In this document: in pieces, positions 14,271-27,318 of the stretch
Numbering within the stretch: the stretch's first letter is position 1
Layout: the number at the start of each line of letters is the position of its first letter
Source of the DNA: Octopus vulgaris
Lineage: Eukaryota
Assembly: GCA_951406725.2 (NCBI GenBank)
Contig: OX597817.1
Coordinates: 125,426,001-125,490,000 of the forward strand
Direction of reading: 5' to 3'
DNA: 64,000 bases
Notes under the pieces: generated by a model
Database searches by the model: none
The model's input: the letters and a program-made list of their open reading frames with translations, nothing else
What the model was told of the DNA's origin: nothing
Translations under genes and position numbers: made by a program

Positions 14271-15546
14271 CATCATCATTATCATCATCGTTTAACGTCC
14301 GTTCTCCATGCTAGCATGGGTTGGACGGTTCGACTGGGGTTCTGGGAAGCCAGAAGGCTGCACCAGGCTCCAGTCTAATCTGGCAATGTTTCTACAGCTG
14401 GATGCCCTTCTTAACGCCAACCACTCCGTGAGTGTAGTGGGTGCTTTTTACGTGCCACCTGCACAGGTGCCAGGCGAGGCTGGCAACGGCCACGGTCAGA
14501 TTGGTGTATTTTATGTGCCACCGGCACGGAAGCCAGTCGAGGCGGTGCTGGCATCGGCCACGAGTCGGATAGTGCTTTTTACGTACCACCAGACCAGGGA
14601 TCCTGGCTGGTTCAATTCGATATCGATTTCGCTTGCCCCAACATGTCTTCACAAGCAAAGGGGGTTGGCATGGGTGCCTGTCGTACGGTCGCATTGGAGT
14701 ATTTTACGTGCCACGGCCACGAGTCGGATAGTGCTTTTTACGTACCACCAGGCCAGGGATCCTGGCTGGTTCAATTCGGTTTCGCTTGCCCCAACATGTC
14801 TTCGGAAGCATGGGGGGTTGGCATGGGTGTCTGTCGTCGGATGAGGTTCTATATCGACTTCGCTTGCCTCAACAGGTCTTTGTGTCCAAGGGAGGAAAGG
14901 CATTCATAAGTGGGCTGGGCTCACTTGTCCTGCCTGGTCTTCTCACGTACAGAATATTTCCAAAGGTCTCGGTCGCTGGTCATTTCCTCAGTGAGGCCTA
15001 AAGTTCGAAGGTCGTGCTTCACCACCTCGTCCCAGGTTTTCCTGGGTCTACCTCTTCCACGGGTTCCCTCAACTGCTAGGGATTGGCACTTTCTCACACA
15101 CCTATCTTCATCCATTCTCGCCACATGACCATACCAGCGCAATCGTCTCTCTTGCACACCACAACTGATGCTTCTTAGGTACAACATTTCTCTCAAGGTG
15201 CTAACGCTCTGTCGAGTATGTACACTGACATTACACATCCATCGGAGCATACTGGCTTCATTCCTCACGAGCTTCCGCATATCCTCAGCAGTCACGGCCC
15301 ATGTTTCGCTGCCATGTATCATGGCTGTTCGTACACACGCATCATACAGTCTGCCTTTTACTCTGAGCGAGAGGCCTTTTAGTCACCAGCAGAGGTAAGA
15401 GCTCCCTAAACTTTGCCCAGGCTATTCTTATTCTAGCAGTTACACTTTCAGCGCACCCACCCCCACTACTGACTTGGTCATCTAGATAACGGAAGCTATC
15501 AACTACTTCTAGTTTTTCCCCCTGGAAAGTGACAGAAGTTGTTTTC

Positions 15547-15550
<4 letters not shown>
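14271..15550 (-). mobile_element. 5'-truncated RTE-clade LINE with long 3' UTR and (GAT)n tail
   Basis: Motifs FQGEKLEVVDSFRYL..RIRIAWAKFRELLPLL, GSETWA, ERRLRWYGHVARM and GTRGRGRPRKTW (ORF 14921-15322). The 3' UTR spans 14290-14920, (CAT)n appears on + at 14271-14289, and TA-rich tracts flank both ends. Confidence 0.92.
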
Positions 15551-15634
<84 letters not shown>

Positions 15635-16584
15635 AATGCATGTTGAGTAATATCGTTGGATAGAAGAAGACTTACATTTTTTATCATGTGCAATTTCAAT
15701 GACCTGCATCATTTGATAAAACAGTCCTGCTCACTACATCATTCTTTCAGTATAACCTTTGTACTGAAATATAATACTGCATAAAATCTAAGAAATATAT
15801 TTTTATATGGATACAGAGCTAATTATGGGGAAAATTATTTTGAAAGATAATAGTGCAAATTCCATTGAGCAATCTCAGAAATGCAATTCATTTACATGTT
15901 ATTGTGACAAGGGAAAAAAGCCATATGGAAACCTTGAATTTAATAACGAATGTTAATTTAAATAAGAATACTACACTCAGATTCATTATGCTCACATGTC
16001 CAATACCTTTTGTAAAGTATCTGGAATATTTTCAATGCACATTAAAAACTATTATCTATGTTACAGCATATAAGCAGCAAGTGAATCTATGTTTTTTGAT
16101 AGAGTGGGTGATACAGGGGTGATACATATATGCACAGATCCATACATCCATATTTGTGTTTGTGTGTGTGTGTGTGTGTGTGTGCGCGTGTGTGTGTATG
16201 TGTGTGTGTATGTGTGTGTGTGTATTTATATAAATGCATAAACATGTACATCTCTCTCTCACTCTCACTTTCTTTCTATCTATCAATCTATCTGTCTGTA
16301 TGTATGTGTGTATGTATGTGTGTATGTGGCATGCATATATGTGTGTATGTATGTGTATATATATACATATACACACATATGCACACACCCATACACACAC
16401 ATTTATGTAGATACAGAGAGGGAGAGAGAGAGAGAAGCATAAAAAAGACTTAATTTGAATTTATCCCAACTTAGATGTTGGTACAGATGTGATGAACCAC
16501 TATTTAGGGTGTAAAATTGCATGCATATTTTCAGGAATATGCTCATTTATTCAAACAAACCAATTAATTTCTTTTTATCCTATA

Positions 16585-16937
16585 CTAGGGAAATAACTAT
16601 AAAGCATTTTTAGAGAGTTATAGCCAAAAAATAGCAAAAAAATGGGAAAAAAATTATGGTAAATTTTTTTTGAGAGTTAAAAAAGGTCGAGTTGCGTCCC
16701 CTAGACAGTCTGTGGTTTGTGTTTCTGATTCTCGACCCCATGTCGAATTTATTGATTTTTTTCAGAACTGGGGGAACTTTTCAAAATTTTCGCTGCGTTA
16801 GTTTTGAATTATGACATTGGGCTATGTGTGTGTCAAGTTTCATCAGAATCGGTTGAAAGCAGTGGTCAGGGTGAGGGTACAACCAAACAGACACACAGAA
16901 ACACACACAGACAAAATGTCGTTTATATATAGAGAGA
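16585..16937 (-). mobile_element. Non-autonomous Helitron-like element
   Basis: The minus strand begins A^TCTCTCTATATATAAA and ends CTAG^T, and AAGTTTCATCAGAATCGG..ACAGACA lies near the 5' end. No 3' hairpin is visible. Confidence 0.55.
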
Positions 16938-17227
16938 TGACTTCCATGATTTCTCTAATTATATGGAAACAATGCTTTACAATTGAGGAAGTTTAGGAGT
17001 AATTCACAATCCTTGTAATTCTAAGCAATTAAGAAAGTATCTGGTAATTGTTCTCTCTGTGCAATGTTGCAGCTAAACCTCACTTTCATTCACAATGTGT
17101 CAAAAATAGTAACCAAAAATTTTGTTTTAGTACTTGCATAGAAATATTTGTAATGAAATACATTGCTTATTGCTTTTAAATGATTTTGAAAGTCAGAAAG
17201 CATCTGGTAAGATTTAATACAATATGA

Positions 17228-17820
17228 GCATCACTATCATCATCATCTTCATCATTTAACATCCGCTTTCCATGCTGTCATAGGTTAACCCCTTCAATAC
17301 TAACCCGGCTGAAACCAGCTCTGGCTCTGAGTACAAATGTCTTGCTTTCATAAGTTTTGAATTAAAATCTTCCACCAAACCTTAGTCACAATTTATGTTC
17401 CCAACACTAGCTGAATGATAACTAAGTTATTTTACTAAATTCTTTGTTATATTTAAAATAATTGAAAGAAACACAGAGCATCTCCAAATAAATATAGTAA
17501 CAAAAGGGTTAAACAGTTTGACTGGAATTGGTAAGCCAGAGAGCTGTACAAGGTTCCAATCTGATTTGGTTTGGTTTCTATGGCTGGATGCCCTTCCTAA
17601 TGTAGTAGGTGCCTTGTACTTGTCAACTTGTTTGGATGCCCTTCTTAATGCCAGCTATCCCAAGAATGTAGTAGGTGTCCTGTGCTTGTCAACTGGTCTG
17701 GACACCTTTCATGCCTCACCAGCATGGGTGTTTTTTATGTCTTACTGACACCAGCCACAATTACGATTTCACTTGACTTGATGAGCTTTCTCAAGCACAA
17801 CAAATCGCCAAAGGTCTCAT
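17228..17820 (-). mobile_element. Old RTE 3'-UTR fragment interrupted by a MITE
   Basis: (CAT)n, CCGCTTTCCATGCT and CTGGATGCCCTTCCTAA match the 3' UTR at 14290-14420. Confidence 0.65.
17285..17512. mobile_element. piggyBac-type MITE, family 1
   Basis: TTAA-CCC...AAAGGG-TTAA ends, i.e. a TTAA target duplication. A reverse-orientation copy lies at 28931-29159. Confidence 0.8.
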
Positions 17821-19554
17821 TAATAAAAATTTGGCGTTTGTAAAGTAAAAGAAATTTTATATGAAACTGAGTTTTAATTTAAATATGAACACTTGAAAAC
17901 ACTACATTTTGTTTCTTAAAAATGGTGGCAGTCACAAATCTTTTGGCTTTTAAAGTGTTTGGTTTTTAAATCTGAAAGGAAATCCTTAACAGAGGTAAGA
18001 TAACCACCAAATAAAATCAAGATATACAAGGGGGCCTCTACACAGCTGTTTCACACCCAACTTCACACTCTACCATCTTACAAAAAAAAAAAAAGAAAAG
18101 AAAAGAAAAAGGATATATTGAATAATGGTCTAGATATATAAAAAAGGAAGTCATGTCTAGAATGAGTTTGGTAATAGGCCTGCTCAATTAGAACTGACTT
18201 CAGATCAAACAATAACAACAGATCAAAAGCACTGAAGTCTTGTACAAATCAAAAATTTTATATTTTATCAAAGATATTGGAATTGTAAGTTGTTTCTTGA
18301 CATTGAATTAGCCAGCTCTATAACATGACTATACTCAATTAGAAATTGTTGGTCAGTTTTTCTCAGCAATAATAATAATAATAATAATAATACAATCAGT
18401 CAAGAAAGGCAGTTCAGTGGACAATATTTGTAGGTCTTGTCTGGCGAAATAAATAAAATATTCAAACAATGTCCACTAAATAAATCTGATAAAATCTGAG
18501 AGACATAAATAGATAAATAAATAAAAATACAACCTGTGACCTGTGAATGGTGTGAAAAGGAATTTTACAGTCTCCACTTGTGACACCTAGCTTAGCAATA
18601 AGTAAAGATAGGAAAGTAAAAACAAAAAGAAGAAATATAGAAAAGTAATGTTGAAGTAAAAGACATTGTGGTAACAACTGACTACGTTATCTCATCTCGT
18701 TCAATCCATTATTATAATAACACAGGAACCAGAAATCTGCAAAGATGATGTTTATGATGACAACTCAGCTGAAGTGTTGAAGACGATGGAATAGCTACCA
18801 ATATCAAGTTGCGCCATCTATGGAATGATTTATTGACTGACAAATGCTACAATATTTTAGTTTCATTTAGTAAGCTGAGCAGAAATGTATTCTAACTTGA
18901 AATTGTCTCTTTTATGAAATAAAAGTAGTAACAAAACTAATAACTTTTACTATTGGGACTCGAATTGAAACTAAGAAAGACGGAAAATTGAAAGTTCTGT
19001 TTGAATTGTATTTGTTTTCAAGTTTCGATTGTAGATAAACTTGTTTATTTCTATGAAGAGAGAATATTATTCTCAGTCATATAAAAGCTCTATCTAGGGA
19101 CTGTGGCAAGTATTAGTAAGATAGTTGTTCATTGAAAAGCACTGATAAGTCTGGAACATGTGCAAAGTTCTCATTGTAGTTGCCAAAATCAAACTCATTT
19201 TTTTTATTGCAAGCTCTTAATCAATTGTTAATTCATTTTAAACTCTGAGTTGTACCACCTGTCCTTTTGCACTAGAATTAATCATTAAGATAATTACTTT
19301 TCTCTTCAATACAGACGAAATTTTTAATCAATTAAAATTTCTTGGCACACTACATTAAGTATATTAGCATGCACTTAACTAACTCTGTATTAGGGTTTGC
19401 CTTATCTGTTGTTAGTTATTTTTTTCTATGTTCAGATTAATCTCTTTTTCTCTTGAATTAATTTATTAAATTAAAAGTAAATGCAAAGATTCACATGAGT
19501 TAGACCCTCGTGCATTTGGAGAAGTGAAAATGTAAGGATATCTAAAAGAGCGAC

Positions 19555-19593
<39 letters not shown>

Positions 19594-19683
19594 GTGGTGA
19601 TGATAAAGATGATGATAAAGCTCATGATGGAAATGATGATGATGATGATGATGATAATCTGTTCATATGTTGTATTATGGAAT

Positions 19684-19724
<41 letters not shown>

Positions 19725-20017
19725 AATCGTCGTCGTCTTCATTGTTGTCCCCATCAACATTGTAATAGCTATTTTCCCAATTGACGTATCTTCTTCCTAT
19801 GATGTAATTCTTATTCCCATTTTCATTGCAAGGAGGAAGTGTGATACACACACTTAGGCATTTGTCCACAGAAATTCAATCCCGATCTTCTTGCTGCAGG
19901 TTAGTGGGATGTTTTGGATTAAGAAAAATAACTGGTAAGACAAAAGTTTCAAAGGGATGCATTTCAATGTAAGAATTTTGCATTGAATCCTTCTCTTTTT
20001 GTTGTTGCCCCTATATA

Positions 20018-20572
<555 letters not shown>

Positions 20573-20655
20573 GGTCCCGGGTTGATTCGGGGTTAACCAC
20601 AGTAAATAAGGTACTCAATACATAGCAGAGTAAAATTAATTTATTATATAGAAGG

Positions 20656-20706
20656 AGCTTCTACAGGACTAGAACTGTTTCATTCAAGAGAAATCTTCAG
20701 GAAGCT
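20656..20706 (-). ncRNA. Hammerhead ribozyme (inverted copy of 28339-28389)
   Basis: Exact reverse complement of AGCTTC-CTGAAGA-TTTCTCTTGAAT-GAAACAG-TTCTAGTC-CTGTA-GAAGCT. Confidence 0.75.
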
Positions 20707-21730
20707 AGTTAACAAGAATTGTATTGGCATTTATACATTTAGGCAGGTTTAAAGGGGTGTTGGTGGGGGACTTTTTGGGGGTAGGCATAGCGCAAAATAT
20801 CATACTTGGGGGAGTGGTCAAGGAGTCAGTGTTAAATTAGATAGAAGAATAAATAAAAAAATAAAAAAAATATATATATAAAAAAAAGGGAATAGAGTTT
20901 TAGGTAAATAAGGAGATTCTCTCTTATACCTATGCACATATGTATACATATATACACACACATACAAACATATATACATATACATACACACATACATACA
21001 CACACACATATATACATATATATACACTTACACATACATATACATATCTACACATACACATATATGTATACATACACACACTCACATGCATACACGTATA
21101 CACACATGTATATATACACACACGACCACACATACATATACACACAGAAAAATATATATACACATACACACACATACTCACATACACGCATACACGCACA
21201 TATCCACACACACACATGCACACACAGCACACTAGTCCCTATATACACATATATACACATACACACATATATACACACACATACATATACATACATATAT
21301 ATATATATATATACATATACATATGTGTACCTATGCATACCTACACATACACACATATATATACACATACAAATACAGACCCATTCCCTAATTTTAATTT
21401 TATTATCTTCATTTATTACTTTAGTTATCTTTGACCGCTGGTCGCAAACATCTTGGCTATGACAGCCAGTCCATTTTTCTGTCTACTGGAAAACAAGCAC
21501 TCATTCACTCACGCACATTCTTTAGCACGTACACTCACTCATTCGTACACTCATACACATACACGCACGCACGCGCTATATTCATACATACATACATCTA
21601 CATACATTCACGTATATACACATACGTACGCGTACCTACAGATTCATGTCTACACTCTTAGAAGGCTAGTCTATACATATACACCAATGAATATAAATAC
21701 ACACACATGCATATACACCTACATACAAAT

Positions 21731-21762
<32 letters not shown>

Positions 21763-21780
21763 TCACATATATATATACAC

Positions 21781-21811
<31 letters not shown>

Positions 21812-22022
21812 TATACATATATATACACACATACACATACATACATATACACACATACACATACATACGTATACATACATACATACATCCATACATCCAT
21901 ACATACATACATTTATACACATACACACACCCACACGTATACATATACATACACATATATACGCGCATGCATACACATACAATTACATACACATAAGCAC
22001 ATACATATACATACATACATAT

Positions 22023-22088
<66 letters not shown>

Positions 22089-22136
22089 TCATACACACAC
22101 ATACATATACATACATACATATACACACACATATAT

Positions 22137-22189
<53 letters not shown>

Positions 22190-22391
22190 TACACACACAT
22201 ACATATACATACATACATATACAAATATACGCACACACATACATACATACTCATATACACATACACTTACATACACATGTACATGCGTACCCATACACAC
22301 ACACACACACGCGCATCCATATATACACATAAGTACACACATGCGTAAAAGTATACATATATCTATGCTTACACATACACACACACACACG

Positions 22392-22811
22392 CACCCCCTC
22401 AACAACAACTGCCTACAGAGGGACCTAGTATATACATGCGAGGTAAGATCAGGCCCTGACGATAAAAGAAAATCCTACATCGGAATGACGTCAAACAGCT
22501 TTAAGACCCGTTGGTACGCACACACACACTCGTTCCGGCGACAGGATAAATCCAACCAAACTACCCTCGCCGCCCACATCTGGTACCTTAAAAGGAACTC
22601 CATCCCCTTCAAGACCAAGTGGAAACTACTACAGAAGGCGCGCTCGTACACAGGAGGCCATACCTGCTGTGACCTCTGCATATCGGAGAGCCTAGAGATC
22701 TTGTTCGCCAAAGGCCCTCTCCTTAACAAAATCTCAGAACACTCCCCAAATTGCATGCATAAGAAGTATGCGAACTACAAGAACTATAGACCTACCCGGC
22801 AACCAGATTGA
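22392..22811 (+). CDS. C-terminal GIY-YIG endonuclease domain of a Penelope-like element (5'-truncated, probably Naiad-like)
   Basis: 139 codons without a stop: [61 protein letters not shown]. This gives the VY/YIG motifs, candidate catalytic R, E and N residues, and extra CxxC and CxH motifs. The upstream part of ORF 21453-22811 is microsatellite translation. Confidence 0.85.
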   Translation, partial: HPLNNNCLQRDLVYTCEVRSGPDDKRKSYIGMTSNSFKTRWYAHTHSFRRQDKSNQTTLAAHIWYLKRNSIPFKTKWKLLQKARSYTGGHTCCDLCISESLEILFAKGPLLNKISEHSPNCMHKKYANYKNYRPTRQPD

Positions 22812-23030
22812 TGACACCCCACCCACAAAAACCCCCCCAATCCCACCGTTCCCCTAGCACCCCAGATTACCTTTTCTCCTAAGACCTTTCACATATTGTA
22901 TGTGCACGCTTGTATATGTGTATCGTATATATGTATAGAAATGTATGGGTATAGTAGGAATATACGCATGTATTATGTGTGTGTGTGTGTGTATGTATGT
23001 AAAAAATATATATATATATATATATATGTA

Positions 23031-23072
<42 letters not shown>

Positions 23073-23416
23073 TATGTGTATATGTGTATATATGTATATA
23101 TGTGTGTATGTATGTGTATGTATGTACAAAATATTATATAATTAGGGCTTAGTAAAATAAATTACTTTGCCACATACTGAACTTTCTAGAAATAGCAGCC
23201 AAAAAAGTTTTTTAGCCTCTTCCACTACTTAGATAATATTTTCCCTCAGACATTGTTTACTCAAAAAAATAATGGTCCTTTTACATACTGAATACTTGGT
23301 GAAATTGATTAATAACTAATTAACTTTACCCTCAATTGTTGATATATGTATGTGTGTGTATGTATATGTATATGTATATATATATGTACATGTATGTATA
23401 TGTGTATGTATGTATG

Positions 23417-23477
<61 letters not shown>

Positions 23478-23722
23478 GTATGTGTGTGTATATGTGTATT
23501 ATGTATATATTTATATATATATTTATATATATATATATGTATATGTATATGTATGTGTGTGTGTATATGTATATATGTGTATATATATGAGTGTACGCGA
23601 GTATGTCGATGTATATGTAGGTATGTAGAGTTATGTGTATGTGCATGTATGTGAGTGTAGATACAAATTGTAGATGTGTATATATATGTATGTGTATATA
23701 TACATGTATATAGGTATATGTA

Positions 23723-23763
<41 letters not shown>

Positions 23764-23961
23764 GCGAATATGTAGAGATATAAGTATGTGCATGTGTATG
23801 TATATGTGTGTATATATATGTATAGGTATGTGTATGTGTATGTATGTATATGTGTATGTATATATGTGTGTAAGTGTGTGTATATATGTATATGTAAGTG
23901 TGTGTGCGTGTATGAGTTGTATGTATGTTTGCACACATGTATATGTGTGTGTATGTGTATA

Positions 23962-24026
<65 letters not shown>

Positions 24027-24220
24027 GTGTGTGTGTATATATATGTGTGTATGTGTATGTATGTATGTATATATATGCGTGTGTATGTGTATGTGTATAT
24101 GTACATATACGTGTACGCTCGTGTGTTTATGTATATGTAGGTACGTAGAGTTATCTATGTGTGTATGTATTTGTACATGTGTGTAAGTATGTATATATAT
24201 ATATATATATATGTGTATGT

Positions 24221-24258
<38 letters not shown>

Positions 24259-24620
24259 AAGTTTATATGTATGTATCCGTCTATATAATAGGTAACTGCA
24301 CGTACATATACTTAATATTTATTATTTATTTTTTGAGTATGCATGTATGAATAACTACGCGTATATATATTTTACTATTTACTTATTTTTTGAGTATGCA
24401 TGTAAGTATGAATATAAGGAGGCGCGTGTGTGTTTGTGTATGTGTAAGCATAGATATATGTATACTTTTACGCATGTGTGTACTTATGTGTATATATGGA
24501 TGCGTGTGTGTGTGTGTGTGTATGGGTACGCATGTACATGTGTATGTGCGTGTATATGAGTATGTATGTATGTGTGTGCGTATATTTGTATATGTATGTA
24601 TGTATGTGTATGTGTGTGTA

Positions 24621-24652
<32 letters not shown>

Positions 24653-24846
24653 CTACAAAATTAGAGAATGGAGAAACATACTTAAATCAGTAAAACATCA
24701 ACTATCCGATGATACTCAATCCATACTTTAATACACCATTACATATGAGTAAAGGCAATATATAAAATGAAATGAGATATACAGTAATAGTAAAAGTAAA
24801 AGATAAAGAGATATAAGTAAAAAATTTCAAATATAATATGCAAATA

Positions 24847-24970
24847 AATCAAAACTGACAGCTGTTTCGGCAGTGAGGACAGTCATACCTCATTTAACCT
24901 ATAAGTCATAAAGGCAGGTATAAATGAGGCATTAACAAGGATGCCCCACGGCCTCTTCAGAGAATTAAAT
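24847..24970 (-). ncRNA. Hammerhead ribozyme (inverted copy of 26655-26780)
   Basis: The + strand reads GACAGCTGTTTCGGC...GCCTCTTCAG, the reverse complement of the HHR at 26666-26769. Confidence 0.75.
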
Positions 24971-25301
24971 TAAATTTGTTATAATAGTGAAAAATATTAT
25001 ATAATCATATACATATAAATATAAAAATATAAAAATGTAAAATATAAAAACTTATACATCATAATGCTACACTTATATAATATAATACACATTTGTACAA
25101 AAAGGAAGGTAAACAGAACAAAATAAAACAAAATATATAACAGTGAATATATTAATATTAATAAGTACCGGTATTATACATATTTGGCTAATAGTTTTTT
25201 TTATAAAAAAAGGGCTAACACATATGGAGATGAAAAATAATAATTAAATCCGTGGTACAGTTCATAAAATTCTAAAGCTATAAAAGTTAATAAAAATTAC
25301 T

Positions 25302-25363
<62 letters not shown>

Positions 25364-26264
25364 TAATAATAATAAAAAAATACTAAAAATAGATACAGTT
25401 AAGTTAGCACCAAGTCCATCCTTTCAAGATCGAAATAACTATGAGTTAAGAAATGCTGACCACTAGGTAAAGAAAATTTAGATTTTTATTCCTTTTTATT
25501 TATTTTATCTCTTTTCATCTTAAGTCTTTATAATATAAAATTTATTTAAAATTTCTGTGATGTTCTCATAAGCGTTTACATTAATACTTCCCCTTCTATT
25601 CTTTAATGCCTAAACTGGTATTTTATGGCACTATATTTATTAAGTTAATAAGTGACTTATTTATAATATTTAAATTAATATATATTTTATATTTTATATT
25701 TTATAATTTAGCGTACTTAAAATCATAACAAACTTACGATAAACCTAACAACCGTATGTTTACTCTGTAACAAACCGGTGTTATAAATTTTAAGTTACCC
25801 ATGAAATAATTATCTGAATTAGTAACATACTGATATTTAAAAATATATTTATATCTAAATTAAATATTTTATAGAATGCATGGATGGTTCTTTTTTTGTT
25901 ATTGAGGCTCAGTTATAATTTTGAAGGACTAAATGTTAGCATAGTTGCTTCCCTTTTTTGTTTATCTAAGTGCTAGTTGTTGCTTGTGATTATGTATGTG
26001 TATAAGTGTATGTATATACATATAACTATGTGTGTATGTGCGATTGATCTGTAGATGCGTGTGTGAATATTGGCGTTCCTTGACTAACCAACCGTATAAT
26101 TTTCTTTTGTGATTTAAATTTCAAACCAATAGCCAATCGAATTAATCTAAATTTTCTTTACCTAGTGGTCAGCATTTCTTAACTCATAGTTATTTCGATC
26201 TTGAAAGGATGGACTTGGTGCTAACTTAACTGTATCTATTTTTAGTATTTTTTTATTATTATTA

Positions 26265-26323
<59 letters not shown>

Positions 26324-26654
26324 AGTAATTTTTATTAACTTTTATAGCTTTAGAATTTTATGAACTGTACCACGGATTTAATTATTATTTTTCATCTCCA
26401 TATGTGTTAGCCCTTTTTTTTATAAAAAAAACTATTAGCCAAATATGTATAATACCGGTACTTATTAATATTAATATATTCACTGTTATATATTTTGTTT
26501 TATTTTGTTCTGTTTACCTTCCTTTTTGTACAAATGTGTATTATATTATATAAGTGTAGCATTATGATGTATAAGTTTTTATATTTTACATTTTTATATT
26601 TTTATATTTATATGTATATGATTATATAATATTTTTCACTATTATAACAAATTT

Positions 26655-26780
26655 AATTTAATTCTCTGAAGAGGCCGTGGGGCATCCTTGTTAATGCCTC
26701 ATTTATACCTGCCTTTATGACTTATAGGTTAAATGAGGTATGACTGTCCTCACTGCCGAAACAGCTGTCAGTTTTGATTT
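26655..26780 (+). ncRNA. Minimal type I hammerhead ribozyme with palindromic loop 3 and ~85-nt stem II
   Basis: CTGAAGA at 26666-26672, GGC...GCC closing stem II, GAAAC at 26758-26762, AGCT, then GTC at 26767-26769. ACAGCTGT is a palindrome. Stem II contains GTGGGGCA/TGTCCTCAC and CCTCATTTA/TAAATGAGG. Stem I is weak. Confidence 0.78.
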
Positions 26781-27147
26781 ATTTGCATATTATATTTGAA
26801 ATTTTTTACTTATATCTCTTTATCTTTTTACTTTTACTATTACTGTATATCTCATTTCATTTTATATATTGCCTTTACTCATATGTAATGGTGTATTAAA
26901 GTATGGATTGAGTATCATCGGATAGTTGATGTTTTACTGATTTAAGTATGTTTCTCCATTCTCTAATTTTGTAGTATTAATTTACGGTAATATTATTACC
27001 TTTACCCATTTAATACAATAGATGAACTGATTGCTTGACAATTTTTAACATCTATGTATTAATTGTGTTGGGTACCTATCTAGCAGTATATTGGATATAT
27101 ATTATCCCATGGTGGGTTGAATTTTCAACCCCTATCTCATTTTATAA

Positions 27148-27232
<85 letters not shown>

Positions 27233-27271
27233 GTGTGTGTATATGTATGTATGTATATGTATGTGTGTGTA

Positions 27272-27318
<47 letters not shown>

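Larger units (their letters stand above)
24651..27149 (+). mobile_element. Second, non-coding Penelope-type foldback inserted into a (TA)n tract of the outer element
   Basis: Arm 24651-25484 is an essentially perfect reverse complement of 26144-26976, with a 659-bp spacer and a 173-bp one-sided extension (26977-27149). Each arm carries an HHR. Confidence 0.85.

Noticed and set aside
18726-18794. Possible host terminal exon (CAG then EPEICKDDVYDDNSAEVLKTME*)
   Set aside because: It is short, has a weak polypyrimidine tract and no recognisable homology, so it cannot be supported without transcripts.
21453-22391. N-terminal 313 aa of the 452-aa ORF
   Set aside because: It is an H/T/Y/I translation of alternating microsatellite in the inverted arm, open because such repeats lack stop codons. 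Only 22392-22811 is real coding sequence.
22809-22900. SECIS or selenocysteine read-through after the GIY-YIG TGA
   Set aside because: There is no internal TGA at a Cys position in the fragment and no SECIS-like stem-loop is visible.
25561-25584. CSHKRLH* as the end of a second GIY-YIG ORF
   Set aside because: It is preceded immediately by an in-frame stop and AT-rich low-complexity sequence, and is too short to be meaningful.
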